From an archaeon (GTDB lineage Archaea; Iainarchaeota; Iainarchaeia; Iainarchaeales; CSSED10-239), in assembly GCA_037147375.1 (NCBI GenBank), contig JBAWVI010000020.1, forward strand, positions 1-12,773: a DNA stretch of 12,773 nt, in the 5' to 3' direction. Made by a program: the position numbers and the translations under genes. Below, in pieces: positions 12,532-12,773 of the stretch (position 1 is the first letter of the stretch; each line of letters opens with the position of its first letter). The notes beneath the pieces were generated by a model, which saw nothing but the letters and a program-made list of their open reading frames with translations, had not been told where the DNA came from and ran no database searches.

Positions 12532-12773
12532 ATGAGAAAATTAATTTTAGTTTTTGGAATAACATTGATAATTATTGTAATTGTATTAATTTGTGTATTT
12601 TTATTTAAAATGAATACTAGTTTTTATAACGAAACTGATCCAGAAGCAATTTCAGAAAATTGTATTAAACTTGTTGGGGATAATAATTGTTATAAAGCTA
12701 ATGAAATAACTTGCGAACAATTTTGTTTAAAAAATACTTTGGAAGATTATAAATTTACTAAATGGGAATATAC
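12532..12773 (+). CDS. Partial ORF (5' end only, runs off the window): membrane-anchored protein with a Cys-rich extracytoplasmic start
   Basis: An ATG at 12532 opens a frame that stays open to the window end. Translation: MRKLILVFGITLIIIVIVLICVFLF (signal-anchor) followed by ...ENCIKLVGDNNCYKANEITCEQFCLKN (four Cys in 26 aa). Confidence 0.5.
   Translation, partial: MRKLILVFGITLIIIVIVLICVFLFKMNTSFYNETDPEAISENCIKLVGDNNCYKANEITCEQFCLKNTLEDYKFTKWEY

Noticed and set aside
1-12773. Scan for CRISPR arrays, IS elements or transposases, rRNA genes, tRNA introns and recoding (in-frame TGA/TAG) events
   Set aside because: I saw no regularly spaced direct repeats. No ORF has transposase or integrase motifs. 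Both tRNAs fold without introns. All long ORFs are uninterrupted under the standard code, and TGA is clearly used as a stop at 4965 and 6983.

Overview
Very AT-rich, densely coding 12.8 kb window with archaeal hallmarks: a FEN1 flap endonuclease ending in a PIP box, ribosomal proteins eL40 and eL41, two tRNAs without encoded CCA, TATA-like elements about 25-30 nt upstream of genes, and oligo-T tracts after genes. The composition and the many lineage-specific hypothetical proteins suggest a small-genome, DPANN-like archaeon, but this is inference only. Gene order: (+) agmatinase-family ureohydrolase, a thioredoxin-like/CcdA(DsbD)-type membrane fusion, and an M50 site-2 protease. These converge on a tightly packed five-gene (-) operon: 392-aa coiled-coil protein, canonical HIT hydrolase, 200-aa unknown, a fused Memo-like+AMMECR1 protein (AmrB-AmrA), and the radical SAM partner AmrS. 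Next come tRNA-Gly(UCC) (-), FEN1 plus a tightly linked 291-aa unknown (+), eL40 (-), tRNA-Glu(UUC) (+), eL41 (+), a divergent HIT paralog (HxHxK) next to a small Pol-beta-fold nucleotidyltransferase-like protein (+), and a partial membrane-anchored Cys-rich ORF at the 3' edge. eL40, eL41 and the 3'-edge ORF are absent from the supplied ORF track and were found by reading the sequence. I saw no CRISPR array, transposase, integrase or rRNA. The best candidate for an under-described system is the fused, possibly membrane-tethered AmmeMemoRadiSam module with its three co-operonic genes (two uncharacterised proteins and a HIT hydrolase). The second is the HIT-variant/nucleotidyltransferase pair. 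All domain calls rest on motifs read by eye and need HMM or structure searches to confirm.
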